NCBI GenBank assembly: GCA_016699975.1
Contig: CP064994.1
Coordinates: forward strand, 775,828-839,827
Source of the DNA: Candidatus Moraniibacteriota bacterium
Lineage (GTDB): Bacteria > Patescibacteriota > Minisyncoccia > Moranbacterales > UBA1568
DNA length: 64,000 nucleotides
Direction: 5' to 3'
The notes under the pieces are model-generated. The model was not told where the DNA came from. It worked only from the letters and a program-made list of their open reading frames with translations, and made no database searches. The position numbers were made by a program, and so were the translations under genes. The first letter of the stretch is position 1; every line of letters begins with the position of its first letter. Positions 62,404-64,000 of the stretch are shown here, piece after piece.

Positions 62404-62690
62404 TTAGAATACCGCTTTTACCAGAAGGTTCTCTCCCAAACGTGCCGGAAAGAGTGATACGATTCGTTCTCGTTCATCGGGATTGGAGAGGCGAACAACA
62501 TCTTCTCGAAGCGCGTTTGCTCTTCCAGGAAGAAGGTCGAACGCTTCGACATCGTCGGTCGGTATCTTTCGAGCGCCGAAAAAAGACTGAGGATCGAAGA
62601 AAGATCCCGGCGAAACTTTTCGATGTCTCGTTCTTTCATGCCGATTCTCGCAAGTCGCGCGATGTGAATGACTTCCTGATGAGAGAGCAT
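62404..62690 (-). CDS. gatC: Asp/Glu-tRNA amidotransferase subunit C, interrupted by one apparent frameshift
   Basis: N-half in ORF 62418..62690 (..EVIHIARLARIGMKERDIEKF..ILSLFSALE) and C-half in ORF 62404..62694 (KIPTDDVEAF..ALREDVV..); break = a3 where a4 is needed at about 62568. Confidence 0.7.
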
Positions 62691-63060
62691 ACATTTTCTC
62701 TGGTCAATGGTATTGATTAAGGCAGCAAGAGAATAAGCCGCGCCCTTTCGAAATTCTCTCCTGAAACTTCCCTTGGAAGCGATGTTTCTTTGTGAAAAAG
62801 AACCCTCTCGTTCTTTCGGACTCTCTCCGCCATCACATCAGTGATTTTTGGAAAAAGAAAGTTCCGAAGAAATGCGCCGCGGATACAATTTTAAAACACA
62901 CTTCTCATTGGTCATGTGCTGCAGCTCATTTTCGAAATACGCCTGCGAAGAAAGAATCTCAATGCTTTTGGAAACTTCTCTTTTCATGACCCCTCTTTGG
63001 AAAAGGAATGCCGCCAACGCTCACGCTGCCTCGACGAACATGAGGCGCGAGACAAACGGT

Positions 63061-64000
63061 TCACATTATCGAGAGAAGGGTGAGAAATTCCGACTCCGAG
63101 AGAATACGAACCCCAAGCCGAGTAGCCGTCGCGAACTTGGATCCGGGGTTTTCTCCGGCAATCACATATGCCGTCTTCTTCGTAACGGAAGAAGTCACAT
63201 GCCCTCCCGCTTTTCGTATCATATCCTTCGCCTCGTCACGTGTAAAGTTCCGCAGTTCTCCCGTCAAGACGACTGTTTTTCCTGAAAGTGCTGACGATGA
63301 CAAGGAAACATTCTGGCGCTCTTCTGAAAACGAAACCTGAACACCGAGGCGTTCCATCTTTTCCAAATGCTCGCGATTTTTTCGGATTCCCGAACCACAA
63401 CACAAGACTCTCGGCCGCTTTTTCGCCAATCCCTGGAATAGCTTTCCATGTTTCCGCGGCAATTTCCGGAAAAATCGACGAATATCGGGCAACACGTTTT
63501 CCTTATCTGAAAAGTGCTGAGAGGAGAGAAGCTCGGGAATATGCCGAGCGATGAGAAAAGCAGTCTCTTCACCGATATGACGAATGCCAAGAGCGAAAAG
63601 AAATTTCGGAAATTCGATGCGCCGACTTTTTCGAATAGATTCCGTCAGTTTGGAAGCGGACTTTTCCGCAAATCGCGAAAGCGGCTCGAGGTCGCCCTCG
63701 GTGAGTTCAAAGATATCCGAAATATCGGAGACCAGCCCTTCCTCAAAAAGCTGTGCCGACACCTTTTCTCCGAAGCCAGCAATATCGAATCCCTTGCGAC
63801 TCGTCGCGTGAATAATTTTTTCTCGCTCGCTCGCCGCGCACACGGGATTTGTACAATAGTGTAGAGCACTTTCCGACCAGTCGCTTTGGAGAGAACGATC
63901 CTGGTCGCCTCCTCCCTGCACATCCTGCTTTTTGGTTTTGCTGTTTCCCTTTGATCCCGTTTTCTCCCGCGCGACGGGTGCGCCGCATACGGGACACGAA
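63061..64000 (-). CDS. ligA: NAD-dependent DNA ligase LigA, C-terminal part (partial; continues beyond window end)
   Basis: frame stays open to 64000 (..CPVCGAPVAREKTG..Zn finger, HhH repeats, BRCT ..KTVVLTGELRNFTRDEAKDMIRKAGGHVTSSVTKKTAYVIAGENPG..). Confidence 0.85.
   Translation of the reverse strand, partial: SCPVCGAPVAREKTGSKGNSKTKKQDVQGGGDQDRSLQSDWSESALHYCTNPVCAASEREKIIHATSRKGFDIAGFGEKVSAQLFEEGLVSDISDIFELTEGDLEPLSRFAEKSASKLTESIRKSRRIEFPKFLFALGIRHIGEETAFLIARHIPELLSSQHFSDKENVLPDIRRFFRKLPRKHGKLFQGLAKKRPRVLCCGSGIRKNREHLEKMERLGVQVSFSEERQNVSLSSSALSGKTVVLTGELRNFTRDEAKDMIRKAGGHVTSSVTKKTAYVIAGENPGSKFATATRLGVRILSESEFLTLLSIM

Noticed and set aside
1-64000. Alternative genetic code (UGA recoding, as in some CPR lineages)
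   Set aside because: Conserved genes reach their normal lengths with standard stop codons and show no in-frame TGA pattern. The ORF breaks are frameshifts, not stop codons.
1-64000. CRISPR array or cas genes
   Set aside because: No regularly spaced direct repeats were seen anywhere; the only repeat-like tracts are the tcat-type coding microsatellite at about 24900 and the GAAAATTTTC palindromes.

Overview
This window is read as a small-genome bacterium under the standard genetic code; conserved genes are full length with ordinary stop codons. The short housekeeping proteins, extended r-proteins, DUF4012, LCP and several GT4 genes suggest a CPR/Patescibacteria-like organism, but that placement is inference. 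Almost all genes lie on the minus strand.

Gene content, in order:
- cysS 3' end, dnaB and recR on the plus strand.
- A minus-strand block holding a truncated dcw cluster (mraZ-rsmH-ftsL-ftsI-murF), then a KhpA-like KH protein and a membrane protein with a C-terminal double zinc ribbon.
- A GGDEF protein, then pepA.
- An r-protein/RNA polymerase operon: infA-rpmJ-rpsM-rpsK-rpsD-rpoA-rplQ-rplM-rpsI.
- pgk, mraY, a DacA-like carboxypeptidase, scpA and scpB.
- Two large hypothetical proteins (602 and 407 aa).
- A cell-envelope glycan locus: ctpA, an LCP protein, GT4, a Wzy-like membrane protein, GT4.
- A roughly 1.5 kb island with foreign base composition and AGG-rich codons, then a 1.1 kb ORF-free stretch.
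- A tRNA cluster (Thr-Tyr-Thr, rpmG, Trp, and a Glu-like tRNA).
- tsf and rpsB; rpmE, prfA and prmC on the plus strand.
- A 23-codon lysine-rich mini-ORF with a perfect RBS beside a 750 nt AT-rich spacer.
- dnaJ preceded by a CIRCE element, an MltG-like gene, yjbQ, trxA, an EncFtn-like ferritin, lepA, murJ, a DUF4012 protein, GT4, eno, gatCA and the 3' part of ligA.

The most striking global property is apparent frameshifting. At least ten conserved genes (murF, pepA, mraY, ctpA, a GT4, mltG, gatA, gatC, and probably the Wzy-like gene) are split across reading frames by 1-nt indels, mostly at homopolymer runs.

No CRISPR array, integrase or classical defence genes were seen.
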